The notes: generated from the sequence alone by a model not told the origin. DNA of 64,000 nt from an uncultured cyanobacterium (GCA_963833135.1 CAWHWW010000021.1:96907-160906); one strand, 5' to 3'; counted from the stretch's first letter, positions 28,955-40,351 are shown. Made by a program: numbers and translations.

Positions 28955-29935
28955 ATGAGACGCGCGCTCCGCCTCGCGTTCGGCTGCTGCCTCGCTCGGC
29001 AGCGACGGCAGTGGCGTCCACGTCCACGAAGGCATCGGCGGACAAGCCAGAGCAGCCGCCCGCCCTCAGGCACCCCAGGGAGAAGCCCCAGGTCTTTCGC
29101 GCCGGCATCGAGGTCGTGTCGCTCAACGTGACCGTCACCGATCCGCAGGGCCGCTACGTCACCGATCTCGGCGCAGGAGGAATTCTCGGTCTTCGAGGAC
29201 GGCGCCAAGCAGGAGCTCACGTACTTCAACCGCACCAACCTGCCGATCGCGCTGTCGCTGCTGATCGATTCGAGCGCGAGCATGGAACAGCGCATGGAGA
29301 ACGCGCAGGAGGCGGCGATCGGGTTCGCGAGGAAGCTGCGGCCGCAGGATCTGGCGCAGGTCGTCGACTTCGACAGCCGCGTCGAGATCAAGCTCGGGTT
29401 CACCAACAACGTCGAGCAACTGGAAACCGCGATTCACGCGACCTCGGCCGGCGGATCGACCGCGCTGCACAACGCGGTCTACATCGCGCTGAAGGAACTC
29501 GCGAAGATCAAGGCGAAGAACCCCGACGAAATCCGCCGCCAGGCGATCGTCGTCCTGTCGGACGGCGAGGACACGTCGAGCCTTGTGACTTTCGAAGAAG
29601 TGCTGGAGCTTGCGAAGCGATCGGAAACGGCGATCTACACGATTGGCCTGCAGCCGCGCGAGACGGGCGCGCTCAAGGGCTTCCGTGAAGCAGAGTTCGT
29701 GTTGCGACAGCTGGCGCAGGAGACCGGCGGCCGCGCGTTCTTCGCAAAGCAGATCGACGAGCTGAAGGACGTCTACGGCCAGATCGCCGATGAGCTTTCG
29801 AGCCAGTATTCGATGGGCTACGCCTCGAAGAATCCCCGCCGCGACGGCGCGTTCCGGCGCATCGTCGTACAGGTGGCGCGGCCCAACAGCATGGCGCGCA
29901 CCAAGCGCGGCTATTACGGACCGGTGTCACACTGA
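28955..29935 (+). CDS. VWFA-related acidobacterial-type VWA protein 2 (frameshifted)
   Basis: ATG directly follows the upstream TAG. 'VFRAGIEVVSLNVTVTDPQGRYVTDLG' (frame of ORF 28282..29688) joins ORF 29282..29935 ('..LSLLIDSSASMEQRM..SAGGSTALHNAV..VLSDGEDTSS'). Confidence 0.8.
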
Positions 29936-30096
29936 GGTCTTACGGGCTACGGGCTACGGGCTTGCGGAAGACAGGGTCTTGCGGGCTTGCACGGGCTTGC
30001 GGAAGACAGGGTCTTTGCGGGCTTGCGGGCGACGGGCTGCGGCAAATTCGTAGTGCGTGCCTCAAGCCCGTAGCCCGTTAGCCCGTTAGACCCGTG
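29936..30096. repeat. word-repeat palindrome (ACGGGCT / CTTGCGGGC words) containing a 35-nt tandem duplication
   Basis: Forward words at 29936-30045 include a direct repeat, 29956-29990 and 29991-30026. Complementary words 'aagcccgtagcccgttagcccgttagacccgt' lie at 30060-30096. Confidence 0.9.
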
Positions 30097-30108
30097 TAGT
30101 ATTCCCCC

Positions 30109-31218
30109 GTGCGAGCCACGGTCTATCTGATTGGCGCCGGTCCCGGCGCGCCCGACCTCATCACCTTGCGCGGCTACCGCTGCCTGCAGCAGGCCGACGT
30201 GGTGATCTTCGATCACCTCGTGAGCCCCGATCTGCTGTCGGTTGCGCCGAAACACGCCGAGCGGATCGACGTCGGCAGCGCCGCGCCCGAGCCGCGCGAT
30301 CAGGACGCCATCTGTTACCTGCTCGCCGAAAAGGCGCGCGAAGGCAAGACCGTGGCGCGACTGAAGTGGGGCGATCCGTTTCTGTTCGATCAAGGCGGAG
30401 AAGAGGCGCTCTTCCTCCACGAGCAGGGCGTGCGCTACGAAGTGGTGCCGGGCGTGCCGCATGCGATCGGCGCCACGGCGTATGCCGGCATTCCCATCAC
30501 CTATCCGGGGGGCGGCGACACCGTCACGTTCGTGCGCGGCCACGAAGACGAGGGCCGCGAGAGGGCCAGGATCGACTGGACGGCGCTGGCGACACTGGAC
30601 GGCACGATCGTGTCGTATGCCGGGCCGCAGCAGCTTCCGAAGATGCTGACCCAGCTCGTCGAGCACGGACGATCGCCTGACGAGCCGGCGGCCATCGTCC
30701 TGCGCGGCACGCTCTCGTCGCAGCGCACCATCACGGGCACGCTCAGCTCGCTCGTCGAGCAACTCGAGGAGACGCCGGTCGGCGCTGGCCTCCTCATTGT
30801 CGGCAAGGTCGTCAACTTCCGCGATCACCTGCGCTGGTTCGATTCGCGGCCGTTGTTCGGCCGGCTCGCCCTCGTGATGCACTCGAAGGAACAACCCGAC
30901 GATCTCGCGGATCTGCTCCGCTCGCAGGGCGCCGAGGTGATCCTCGACGGCGACGCGCACGTCGATGTCTACCGCTTGCTGCTCGATCACAAGATCGATC
31001 TCGTCACGTTCACGAGCGCATCGGCGGTGCTCAACTTCGCCGCAAACTTCGGCGCCGATCAGGCCGCCGACCTGCTCGCGCACACCGTGGTCGCGGTCCA
31101 GGGCGATGCCGCGGCCGATGCCGCCTCACGCGCCAGCATCGCGCCCGCCGTGCAACAGCCGGCCGGATCGCTGGCGGCGTTCGCAGAAGCGATCGTCAAC
31201 AAGTTCAAGGGGAATTGA
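30109..31218 (+). CDS. cobA: uroporphyrinogen-III C-methyltransferase with short HemD-like C-terminal extension
   Basis: Intact ORF: 'VYLIGAGPGAPDLITLRG..VARLKWGDPFLFDQGGEE..VVPGVPHAIGATAYAGIP'. Confidence 0.85.
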   Translation: MRATVYLIGAGPGAPDLITLRGYRCLQQADVVIFDHLVSPDLLSVAPKHAERIDVGSAAPEPRDQDAICYLLAEKAREGKTVARLKWGDPFLFDQGGEEALFLHEQGVRYEVVPGVPHAIGATAYAGIPITYPGGGDTVTFVRGHEDEGRERARIDWTALATLDGTIVSYAGPQQLPKMLTQLVEHGRSPDEPAAIVLRGTLSSQRTITGTLSSLVEQLEETPVGAGLLIVGKVVNFRDHLRWFDSRPLFGRLALVMHSKEQPDDLADLLRSQGAEVILDGDAHVDVYRLLLDHKIDLVTFTSASAVLNFAANFGADQAADLLAHTVVAVQGDAAADAASRASIAPAVQQPAGSLAAFAEAIVNKFKGN

Positions 31219-31248
31219 TGATTACGAACGGGCCACGGAGACATGCTA

Positions 31249-31339
31249 GGTGCGTACGGTGCGTACGTGCGTACGGTGCGTACCGTGCGTAGAGTGCCGC
31301 GCGCTTAGGCACATCACGCACAGTACGCACGGTACGCAC
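31249..31339. repeat. word-repeat palindrome (GTGCGTAC words)
   Basis: Left arm 31249-31298 and right arm 31306-31339 surround the loop 'gcgcgc'. The element abuts the ATG at 31341. Confidence 0.9.
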
Positions 31340-31340
31340 T

Positions 31341-33056
31341 ATGGAGCGTGCCTCCGTGGCCTGTTCGTGGCGATGCTTGCGATCTTTGCGGCTGCGTGTC
31401 AGAACGACGCCGCCGAGGGTGACGGCTCCGTCCTACGACGTGGTGATCACGAACGCGCAGATCGTCGACGGTAGCGGCGGGGCGCCGCGCACAGGATCGA
31501 TCGCGATCGCCGGCGGCAAGATCGCCGCGGTCGGCGAAGTCACCGGCTCCGGCGCGCGCACCATCGATGCCAAGGGCCGCACCGTTGCGCCGGGCTTCAT
31601 CGACCTGCACAGCCACTCCGACATGCCCCTCGTCACCGACGGCAACGGGCAGAGCAAGATCAGGCAGGGCGTGACCACGGAAGTGATCGGCGAGTCGGGA
31701 TCGATCGCACCGCGGAAGGCGGCGTCGGAAACGCAGCCCTGGACGGATTTCGACGGCTACTTCGCGGCACTGCAGAAGAACGGCATCTCGCCGAATCTGC
31801 TGTCGTACATCGGCACCGGCACCGTGCGGGAGATCGTCATCGGCGACGACGACAAGAAAGCTACCGCCAAGGACATTGCCGGCATGCAACAGATCGTGTC
31901 GTCGATGATGGGCCAGGGAGTCTTTGGCATCTCGTCAGGCTTGATCTATCCGCCTAACGCGTTCGCGACGGTCGCAGAGCTCGGTGAAGTCGCGAAGGCC
32001 GCTAAGGGCGGGTTGTACGCGTCGCACCTGCGCTACGACGGACTGAAGCTTCGCGACGGCATCGAGGAAGCGATCGCGATCGGCGAGCGCGGCGGCATAC
32101 CGGTCCACATCTTCCACATCAAGGTTACCGGGCAGAAAAATTTCGGCCGCATGAAGGAAGTGATCGAGATCGTCGAGGCGGCGAGGGCGCGCGGCATTCG
32201 TGTCACCGCCGATCAGTATCCCTACGTCGCCAGCAGCACCAGCCTGACCGCGACCATTCCGCCGTGGGCCCAGGACGGCGGCAACGCCAGGTTGATCGAG
32301 CGCCTGAAGAACAAGCCGGAGCGGGCCCGCATCCGCAAGGAGATGGAAAACACCAATCCGGCGTGGGAGAGCCGCTATCAGTCGGCCGGCACGTGGCAGA
32401 ACGTGCAGCTCGCCGCGATCGGGCGGACCCGCGGCGGCACCAACGACCGGGTGTCGCCGAACCGCAAGTACGAAGGGATGCGCGTTGCGGAGGCGGCGAA
32501 ACAGGCCGGCAAGGACCCGTTCGACTTCGTCTTCGATCTGCTGATCGAGGAGCGCGCGTCGGTGGGCTGCGTCTACTTCATCATCGATGAAGCGGACCTT
32601 GCGCTGGCGATGAAGCAGCCGTGGGTGGCCGTCGGCTCGGATGGATCGTCACTCGCGGTCGAGGGTCCGCTTCGCGCCGGCGTGCCCCACCCCCGCAACT
32701 TCGGCACGTTTCCGCGTGTGCTCGGCCGCTACGTGCGCGAGCTGAAAGTGATTCCACTCGAAGAGGCGATCCGCAAGATGACGTCGCTGCCGGCCAGCAT
32801 CCTCGGGCTGGCCGATCGCGGCGCGATCAAGGAAGGCCAGTGGGCTGATCTGGTGATCTTCGATCCGGCGACCGTGGCCGACAAGGCGACCTTCGAGGAT
32901 CCGTTTCAGTATCCGGTGGGAATCGACACCGTGCTCGTGAACGGCACGGTGGTGTTGGACGAAGGCAAGCACACCAACGCGCGCCCAGGGAAAGTGCTGA
33001 AGCGGCGCGCGGCACTTAGCACGCGCTTACGTGCGTACAGTGCGTACGTGCAGTGA
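31341..33056 (+). CDS. D-aminoacylase (N-acyl-D-amino-acid deacylase, amidohydrolase superfamily)
   Basis: Track ORF: 'YDVVITNAQIVDGSG..APGFIDLHSHSD'. A signal-peptide-like 'GLFVAMLAIFAAAC' lies in another frame at 31360-31410, so the N-terminus is uncertain. The last ~13 codons are repeat-encoded. Confidence 0.85.
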   Translation: MERASVACSWRCLRSLRLRVRTTPPRVTAPSYDVVITNAQIVDGSGGAPRTGSIAIAGGKIAAVGEVTGSGARTIDAKGRTVAPGFIDLHSHSDMPLVTDGNGQSKIRQGVTTEVIGESGSIAPRKAASETQPWTDFDGYFAALQKNGISPNLLSYIGTGTVREIVIGDDDKKATAKDIAGMQQIVSSMMGQGVFGISSGLIYPPNAFATVAELGEVAKAAKGGLYASHLRYDGLKLRDGIEEAIAIGERGGIPVHIFHIKVTGQKNFGRMKEVIEIVEAARARGIRVTADQYPYVASSTSLTATIPPWAQDGGNARLIERLKNKPERARIRKEMENTNPAWESRYQSAGTWQNVQLAAIGRTRGGTNDRVSPNRKYEGMRVAEAAKQAGKDPFDFVFDLLIEERASVGCVYFIIDEADLALAMKQPWVAVGSDGSSLAVEGPLRAGVPHPRNFGTFPRVLGRYVRELKVIPLEEAIRKMTSLPASILGLADRGAIKEGQWADLVIFDPATVADKATFEDPFQYPVGIDTVLVNGTVVLDEGKHTNARPGKVLKRRAALSTRLRAYSAYVQ

Positions 33057-33122
33057 GGACACGTGCCTTCGTGCCTGGAGTGCACCGTACGCGCATTACG
33101 CACTGTACGCACCGTACGCACT
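33026..33122. repeat. word-repeat palindrome (GTGCGTAC words), second locus
   Basis: Left arm 33026-33053 and right arm 33080-33122. It spans the gap between the stop at 33056 and the rseP stop at 33123. Confidence 0.9.
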
Positions 33123-34464
33123 TTATCGCCACGGCATCAAATTCTCGATCCACGTGATGCGCGTGAGGTCGTTGTAGATGACGGTCACCATCAGCGTCAT
33201 CAACAACACGAATCCGACAAACAGCATCTTTTCCTTCACCTGAAGGCTGAAGTCGCGGCGCGAGATCGTCTCGATGGCCATGATGAAGATATGGCCGCCG
33301 TCGAGCACGGGAATCGGCATCAGGTTCAACAATCCGAGGTTCAGGCTGATCGACGCCATCAGTCCGAGCAAGACGATCCAGCCGGCCTGCGCCGACTCAC
33401 CCGAGACCTGCGCGATGCCGATGGGCCCCATCAGCTGCTTCGGCGATGCTTCACCGGTCATCAGATCCTTCAGCGTGTTGAGGATCATCCCGGACATCTC
33501 GATGTTGCGCTCCACGCTCATGCCGATCGCCTCGATCGGCGTCGGCTTGTACGAGCGCGTCACCTCTTTCATGTACATGCCGACCTTCGCCGCGTCGCCT
33601 TCCATGTAAGGCGTCACCGGAATCGTCAGCTCAGTGCCGTCGCGGCGCACGCGGAACTCGATCGGCTTGTCGCCGGCCTTCTTCGAAATCGCCTCGATGA
33701 CCTGAAGTCGAAACACCATACGCTCGCCATCGACGGCAAGAATCAAGTCGTCTGGCTGCAGTCCGGATGACTCCGCCGGCTTGCCGGGAACAAACGACGC
33801 CACGGCCGGATAGACGTCCGGCAGGACGCCAATCGTGCCGATTTCGAAGCGCGCGTTGTTGCGCGTCTTGAGCTCGGTCAGATCGGGGCGCACCTTGAGG
33901 TGCTCTTCGCCGCCGCTGCGAATGATCGTGACGTCGACTTCGCGCTCCGGCCGCGCCGGCCACCGCCATCTCGAGGTGTTCCCACGTGCGCACTTCGGCG
34001 CTGCCGAACTGGGTGATTTGATCACCCGGCCGGAGGCCGGCTTGCTCCGCCGGTGAGCCCGGCTGCACCAGGCCGACCACGGCCGGCTGATCGAGATACG
34101 CGAGCACCTCGGCGCCGCGCATCAGTACGGCCGCCAGCAGGACGACGGCGAGGATGATGTTCATCGCCGGTCCCGCGATCAGGATCTGGAAGCGCTGCCA
34201 CTTCGACTTCGCCAGAAATTCGTCGTCGGCGCCGGTGTGGGGATCGTCGGGGTTTTCGCCGGCCATCTTCACGTAGCCGCCGAGCGGCACGGCGCTGATG
34301 CAGTATTCGGTGTCGCCCCGCCGCACCTTGAAGAGCTTCGGGCCGAAGCCAAGCGAGAATGTGATGACGCGGACGCCGTTCCATCGCGCGAGCAGGAAAT
34401 GGCCGAGCTCGTGGATGAAGACAAGAACGCCGAGTACAAAGAGAAACGAAAGCAGCGTGGTCAC
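33123..34464 (-). CDS. rseP: RIP site-2 metalloprotease RseP (M50; frameshifted once)
   Basis: GTG at 34464 overlaps the dxr stop (GTGA). 'FIHELGHFLLAR' (HExxH) lies in the frame of ORF 33631..35478; the PDZ domain and 'NLMPIPVLDGGH' lie in ORF 33123..34025. Confidence 0.9.
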
Positions 34465-35632
34465 TGTCTTGATTCTAACTCTTGAGCCAGCTCGGCCGCT
34501 TGCATCCTGGCCCAGGCGTCGACGCGGCGGACATCCGACAGGGTCACAGGCGGGCTCAGGCTCATGGGCATCCATCGTCTGCGCAATCACTTGCGGGATG
34601 TGCGTGAATCCAAGCCGGCCTTCCAGAAAAGACGACACCGCGACCTCGTTGGCCGCGTTCAACACGATCGGCAGGCTCCGCTCCGCTTCGAGGGCGCGGT
34701 AGGCCAGGCGCAGGCACGGAAAATCGTCCCACGCCGGCTCGTGAAACTCGAGGGCTTTCTGCTTCGTGAGATCGAGAAACGGCACCGGCGCGTCCCAGCG
34801 ATCGGGATACGCGAAGGCGTATTGAATCGGCAGGCGCATGTCGGTGATGCCCATCTGCGCGATGATCGATCCGTCCTTCAACTCGACCATCGAGTGCACG
34901 ATCGACTGCGGGTGAACAACGACGTCGATCTGCGAGGCGGGCACGCCAAACAGCCAATGCGCCTCGATCACCTCCAGCCCCTTGTTCATCAGTGTGGCCG
35001 AATCGATGGTGATCTTCGGGCCCATCTGCCAGGTCGGATGCTTCAACGCGTCGGCGGCGGTGACCCTGGCCAGCTCGCTCAGCGACCTGCCGCGAAACGG
35101 GCCGCCGGAGGCAGTGAGAATCAGCCGCCGCAGTTCCCCGCTGGCGCGGCCGTGCAGGCACTGATGGATCGCGTTGTGCTCGCTGTCGACCGGTAGCACC
35201 GCGACGCCTTTCTTGCGCGCGGCATCCATGACGAGGCCGCCCGCCATGACGAGCACTTCCTTGTTCGCGAGGGCGATGGTCTTGCCCGCATCGATCGCGC
35301 ACAGCACCGCGTCGAGCGCTGCCGTTCCTGACGACGCGCACAAGACGATGTCGACGTCGGGGTGCGAAGCGATCTCGCACAGGCCCTCGTTGCCGACACC
35401 GGAGATCTTCGCCCGGCGATCCACCGAGCGCGGCGCGCAGCTTGTCCATCGCCTCGCCGGTGGCCATCGCCACCGCACGCGGCCGGAACTCGAGGATCTG
35501 CTTCACCATCGCCGCGACGTTGGTCGCCGCGGCGATCGCGACGACCTCGACGCGATCGCGATGCGTCCGCGCCACATCGAGCGCGCTCGTACCGATCGAG
35601 CCCGTCGAGCCGAGAATGGCGATGCGCTTCAT
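34461..35632 (-). CDS. dxr: 1-deoxy-D-xylulose-5-phosphate reductoisomerase (frameshifted)
   Basis: 'MKRIAILGSTGSIGTSALDV' (ORF 34562..35647), then '..LANKEVLVMAG..DSEHNAIHQCL..HPTWQMGPKITIDSATLMNKGLEVIEAH' (ORF 33631..35478). The tail '..DAWARMQAAELAQELESRQ*' was read by hand. Confidence 0.9.
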
Positions 35633-35640
35633 GTCCAGAA

Positions 35641-35886
35641 GATCCACAGATTACACGGATTACACCGATGCGCAGTCGACCCGTCCGCCGGGCTTCGCCC
35701 GGCAACGGACAGGTCATGCGGTGGCGGATGAAAGACCACTGCAGCGATACGGCAGAACTCAGCTGTCTTTCATCCGCCGCCGCATGGCCTGTCCACGCCG
35801 ACCGAAGGTCGGCGCGGGTCGACTTGCAGCTCTGTACGCGCATCGCGTTCGTCGAATCCGTGTAATCCGTGTAATCCGTGGATGAC
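35641..35886. mobile_element. MITE-like structured element, copy 1 (TIRs ATCCACRGATTACACGGATTACAC; ~185-nt multi-hairpin core)
   Basis: The left end (35641-35667) matches the reverse complement of the right end (35853-35886) at ~27/30. In the core, 'tgcggtggcggatgaaagac' pairs with 'gtctttcatccgccgccgca', and there are local hairpins ccggg-cttcg-cccgg and cgccgacc-gaa-ggtcggcg. It fills the whole cdsA-dxr gap. Confidence 0.55.
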
Positions 35887-36668
35887 TAAACGTTGCGCAA
35901 GAAGAAGTAGAAGACAGGCGCGGCGAAGAGGAGCGCGTCGATGCGATCGAGGACGCCGCCGTGACCGGGAATTAGCGTGCCGCTGTCCTTCATGTCCGCA
36001 GCGCGCTTCAGCATCGACTCGAACAGGTCGCCGATGATGCCGGCGACGACGATGCCGAGCCCGAGGCTGGCGTGCCAATACCACGGGAAATCAGGCAGCC
36101 AGTAAGACCCGGCAAGCGCGAGGAAGAGCGGCGCGATGACGAATCCGCCGAGCGCACCTTCGCGCGTCTTCTTCGGGCTGCGTAGCGGCGCCAGCGGCGT
36201 GCGCCCCAGCGTGCGGCCGGTGTAGTACTGCGCCGTGTCGCTGACCGCGACCGTCGCAATCAGCAGCAACACGCCTTCCCTGCCGACAATCGCGTGGACG
36301 CCGACCAGGCAGCCGAGAGGGACGCCGATGTAGACCGGCGCCAGCACCGCCGCTGCCGTGTCCGCGAGGAGCGGCGTGCCGACGCGGGTCGACGCAAGAA
36401 CATTCAGCGCGATCAGAAGCAGCGCCGCGGCCAGCACCGATTCGAGATCGACCCACTGGAACGGCACCATCGAACAGACGAGCAGCGTCGCCAGCAGCGT
36501 CGTCCAATACGGGATCTTCGCGCCGATCCGATCGACGATGCGATCGTATTCGTGGAAGGCCATCGCCGCAACGACGAGCGCGACGCCAAGCAACGCAATC
36601 GAGCTGAGGAACCAGATCAGCGCGAACGCGCCGGCGGCGATGACGACGCCGCTAATCACTCGGGTCAT
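35886..36668 (-). CDS. cdsA: phosphatidate cytidylyltransferase
   Basis: Intact ORF: '..SPKKTREGALGG..GDLFESMLKRAADMKDSGTLIPGHGGVLDRIDALLF'. Confidence 0.9.
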   Translation of the reverse strand: MTRVISGVVIAAGAFALIWFLSSIALLGVALVVAAMAFHEYDRIVDRIGAKIPYWTTLLATLLVCSMVPFQWVDLESVLAAALLLIALNVLASTRVGTPLLADTAAAVLAPVYIGVPLGCLVGVHAIVGREGVLLLIATVAVSDTAQYYTGRTLGRTPLAPLRSPKKTREGALGGFVIAPLFLALAGSYWLPDFPWYWHASLGLGIVVAGIIGDLFESMLKRAADMKDSGTLIPGHGGVLDRIDALLFAAPVFYFFLRNV

Positions 36669-36669
36669 C

Positions 36670-36691
36670 GGGGGCTTGGGGCTTGGGGCTG
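36670..36691. repeat. word-repeat array (GGGGCTTGG)
   Basis: 'gggggcttggggcttggggctg', between the uppS stop and the cdsA start. Confidence 0.8.
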
Positions 36692-36698
36692 AACGATC

Positions 36699-37485
<787 letters not shown>

Positions 37486-37512
37486 GGAGTCGGTTTTCGA
37501 TTGTACGACGAA

Positions 37513-37543
37513 AGGGCCGACCCGGGGTTCCCAAGATCGGCCC
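37513..37543 (-). terminator. weak candidate terminator hairpin
   Basis: Minus strand reads GGGCCGA..16 nt..TCGGCCC followed by TTTCGTCG. The U-tract is poor. Confidence 0.3.
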
Positions 37544-37572
37544 GACTGTCGCGCTGAACTCTAGCTGTCGAG

Positions 37573-38835
37573 CTACTCGGCTGCTAGTTGCCCGAGCCCG
37601 GCCAGGCCGAACCTTGCCGCTCTTCGGCACCGCGCCCAGGCCCTTGCAGATGAACTTCTGCAGGCGCTTGCCGGTGTAGGTTTCCGTCGTGTAGATGTTG
37701 CCCTTCGAGTCGACGGCGATGCTGTGCACGCCGAGGAACATGCCCGGCTGGCGGCCGCCGTAGCCGAAGTTGTAGAGCTCTTCCATCGTCTTGCGGTTGA
37801 ACACGCGGACGTGCTCGTTGACGCCGTCGGCCATGTAGAGGAGGTCTGCTGCGGATCCTTCGAGAACGCGATGTCCCACACCGAGCCGTCGGCGCGGCTG
37901 TCGTTCGCGACGAACACTTCCTTCACGAACTTGCCCTCACTCGTGAAGATCTGGACGCGGTCGTTCGGACGGTCGCAGATGTAGACCATGCCGTCGTTCG
38001 ACATTTCGGCGCAGTGCATCGGGGTGCGGAACTGCTGTGGCGGCGGCGCGGTCGGATCGTACGGGCCGAGCGGCGCGTCGTCGGCGGCTCGCCGTAGGCG
38101 CCCCAGAAGCGCTTGATCTTGCCGCTGTCGAGATCGATGACGGCGACGCGCTTGTTGAAGTAACCGTCCGCGACGTAGCCTTCGTTCGCCTTCGGATCGA
38201 TGAAGATCTTGGCGACGCGGCCGAAGTTGTTCATGTCGAGGCTGTTCGCGCACGAAGTTCGGCTTGCGTCGGCGGCGCGGCGCCGCGGCCTTCCTTAGGC
38301 GCGCGTTCTTCTTGCCGTACTGCGCCACGAACTTGCCGTCGCGGGTGAACTTCAGGATGTGCGCGTCGGGCCGCCGTTGCCGCCGATCCACACGAAGCCC
38401 TTGTGGTCGACGACGATGCCGTGGTTGCTCTCCGGCCAGTCGTACGCGCCGTCCGGCGACGGACCGCCCCAGCTGCCGACGAGGTTGCCGGCCGCGTCGA
38501 ATTCCAGACCGGCGGCGCCGGCATGCAGCACTCGCCGACGCTTCGGGCCGTTCGCGTGTCGGCTGCGCCAACTCGGTGCGATCGAGGTTGCTGCCGGGTC
38601 GTTGCCGCGATGAATGACCCAGACGTGATCGTCGGACGAGATGCCGATACCGATCGTCATGCCCTGAACCCAGTTGTTCGGCATCGGCTTCGGCCAATAC
38701 GGATCGACTTCGAAGCGTGGAACCTGCTTTGCCTGCGCCGCGACCTTGTCGAGCATCGCCTGAACGACGCCCAGCGCAACCAGCACCGCGACAAACGCCG
38801 CGCCGGCATATAATTTGCGATTCTTGTACCTTCAC
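37573..38835 (-). CDS. secreted NHL-repeat beta-propeller protein (frameshifted several times)
   Basis: Colinear pieces: ORF 38352..38786 ('PRFEVDPYWPKPMPNNWVQGMTIGIGISSDDHVWVIHR'), segments of ORF 37573..39594 ('HILKFTRDGKFVAQYGKK', 'MVYICDRPNDRVQIFTSEGKFVKEVF'), ORF 37923..38234, and ORF 37211..37879 ('HSIAVDSKGNIYTTETYTGKRLQKF'). Both ends are approximate. Confidence 0.6.
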   Translation of the reverse strand: MKVQESQIICRRGVCRGAGCAGRRSGDARQGRGAGKAGSTLRSRSVLAEADAEQLGSGHDDRYRHLVRRSRLGHSSRQRPGSNLDRTELAQPTRERPEASASAACRRRRSGIRRGRQPRRQLGRSVAGRRVRLAGEQPRHRRRPQGLRVDRRQRRPDAHILKFTRDGKFVAQYGKKNARLRKAAAPRRRRKPNFVREQPRHEQLRPRRQDLHRSEGERRLRRGRLLQQARRRHRSRQRQDQALLGRLRRAADDAPLGPYDPTAPPPQQFRTPMHCAEMSNDGMVYICDRPNDRVQIFTSEGKFVKEVFVANDSRADGSVWDIAFSKDPQQTSSTWPTASTSTSACSTARRWKSSTTSATAAASRACSSACTASPSTRRATSTRRKPTPASACRSSSARAWARCRRAARFGLAGLGQLAAE

Positions 38836-38953
38836 TCTTGGCTCCCCTCGCCTGGCCCGGCCGGAGGCCGGGCCAAACGCAATGCTGCCTGCGAGGCGAC
38901 GCTCGCGTCGCCAGCCTCTTAAGCGGGCGCCAGTATACTTGGGACCGATAACC

Positions 38954-40351
38954 GTGTCGAGCGTCGTAACAACCAGCAAAGTATTGATTCGATTGACCGT
39001 GGTGGCGGTGGCCTGCTCGTCACCGCCCCCGGCATCACCGCCCACGAGGTCCCGAACGAGGTCACGTCGACGGGCTTTGTTCATCCCGAAGGCACGACGC
39101 TTACGCCTGCTGCTGCGGGTGCCCCTCAAGTCCATGCGGGACATCGACATACCGACTGTTGCACGAACGGTTTCCTCGATTTCTCGCACATGGACGCGGC
39201 GCTGAGCGACGCCGCGCAAGGTCTGGATCACGCGATTACATCGAGCTCTACGAGAACGGCAAGCCGCCTGGGGTCGCCGCGGATCGCAGGCGATCCGCGT
39301 CTCGCTGCCCGCGGATCGGTCGTTCGAGACGCTACGAAGCGGCGCTGGCCAACCTGACGACGGGGCCGCGACTCGGCCACGAGCACCGAGATCTACTGGG
39401 AGCAGGGCATGCTCGACGTCGGGCTCGAGTATCCGATCACATCGGATCAGTCGGACTTCGCGATCCGTCCGGGCCTGACGCGACTCGGCCTGCAGGTCAA
39501 CATCGTGCTGCGCTTCCTGCAGCCCGGCAAGGCCGAGCGCGCGTTCGACGTGCACGCCGACACCGGCATCGTCCATCTCGATCCGCGCTGGCACCAGGCG
39601 TTCTTACCTGTTCGCGCGCGAGGGCTTCTTCCACATCCTCGACGGCACCGATCACCTGCTGTTCCTGTTGTGCCTGGTCATCCCATTCCGCAAGTTCCGC
39701 CCGCTCGTGATCGTGATCACGGCCTTCACCGTCGCGCATTCGGTGACGCTCATCGCTTCCGCGTACGGCATGGCGCCGGACAGCCTGTGGTTCCCGCCGC
39801 TGATCGAAACGCTGATCGCTGTCTCGATCGTCTACATGGCCTTCGAGAACATCGTCGGCCCGAAGCTGCAGCGGCGATGGATCGTCACCTTCGGGTTCGG
39901 GTTGATCCACGGCTTCGGCTTCTCGTTCCTGCTGCGGGAACGGCTGCAGTTCGCGGGTGAGCATCTCGTCACGTCGCTGCTCGCGTTCAACGTCGGCGTC
40001 GAGATCGGGCAGCTGTTCGTGCTGCTCGTGACGATCCCGGCGCTCGTGCTGCTCTTCCGCTACGTTGTCGCCGAGCGCATCGGCACCATCCTGCTGTCGG
40101 CACTCGTCGCGCACACGGCGTGGCACTGGGCGATCGATCGCGGCACGACGCTGATGGGGTACCGATTTCCCGAGCTCACGCTGCAGGACATCGCGGCCGG
40201 CATTCGGCTGTTGATGGTGATCATCGCCGCGGCCGGTGCGGTGTGGCTGATCTCCGCATGGATGGGTCGCCCTAGTAGTGAACCTTCCAGAGCATTAGTC
40301 CCTGAGCCGGAGCGGTCTGGCCGGTCCGCGAACGATCCTTCGATTCGATAA
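38954..40351 (+). CDS. HupE/UreJ-family membrane protein with large N-terminal periplasmic domain (frameshifted several times)
   Basis: ORF 39668..40351 carries the HupE-like TM core ('TAFTVAHSVTLIAS..GFGLIHGFGFSF..VGVEIGQLFVL'). ORF 39409..39960 ('MLDVGLEYPITSDQSDFAIRPGLTRLGLQV') and hand-read pieces back to the GTG at 38954 form the N-terminal domain. The 3' end overlaps truA and is uncertain. Confidence 0.6.

Noticed and set aside
37573-39594. 673-aa minus-strand ORF.
   Set aside because: It is a chimera. Short stretches are genuine NHL-propeller sequence in the right frame, the rest is out of frame, and the upstream third is antisense to the HupE-like gene.
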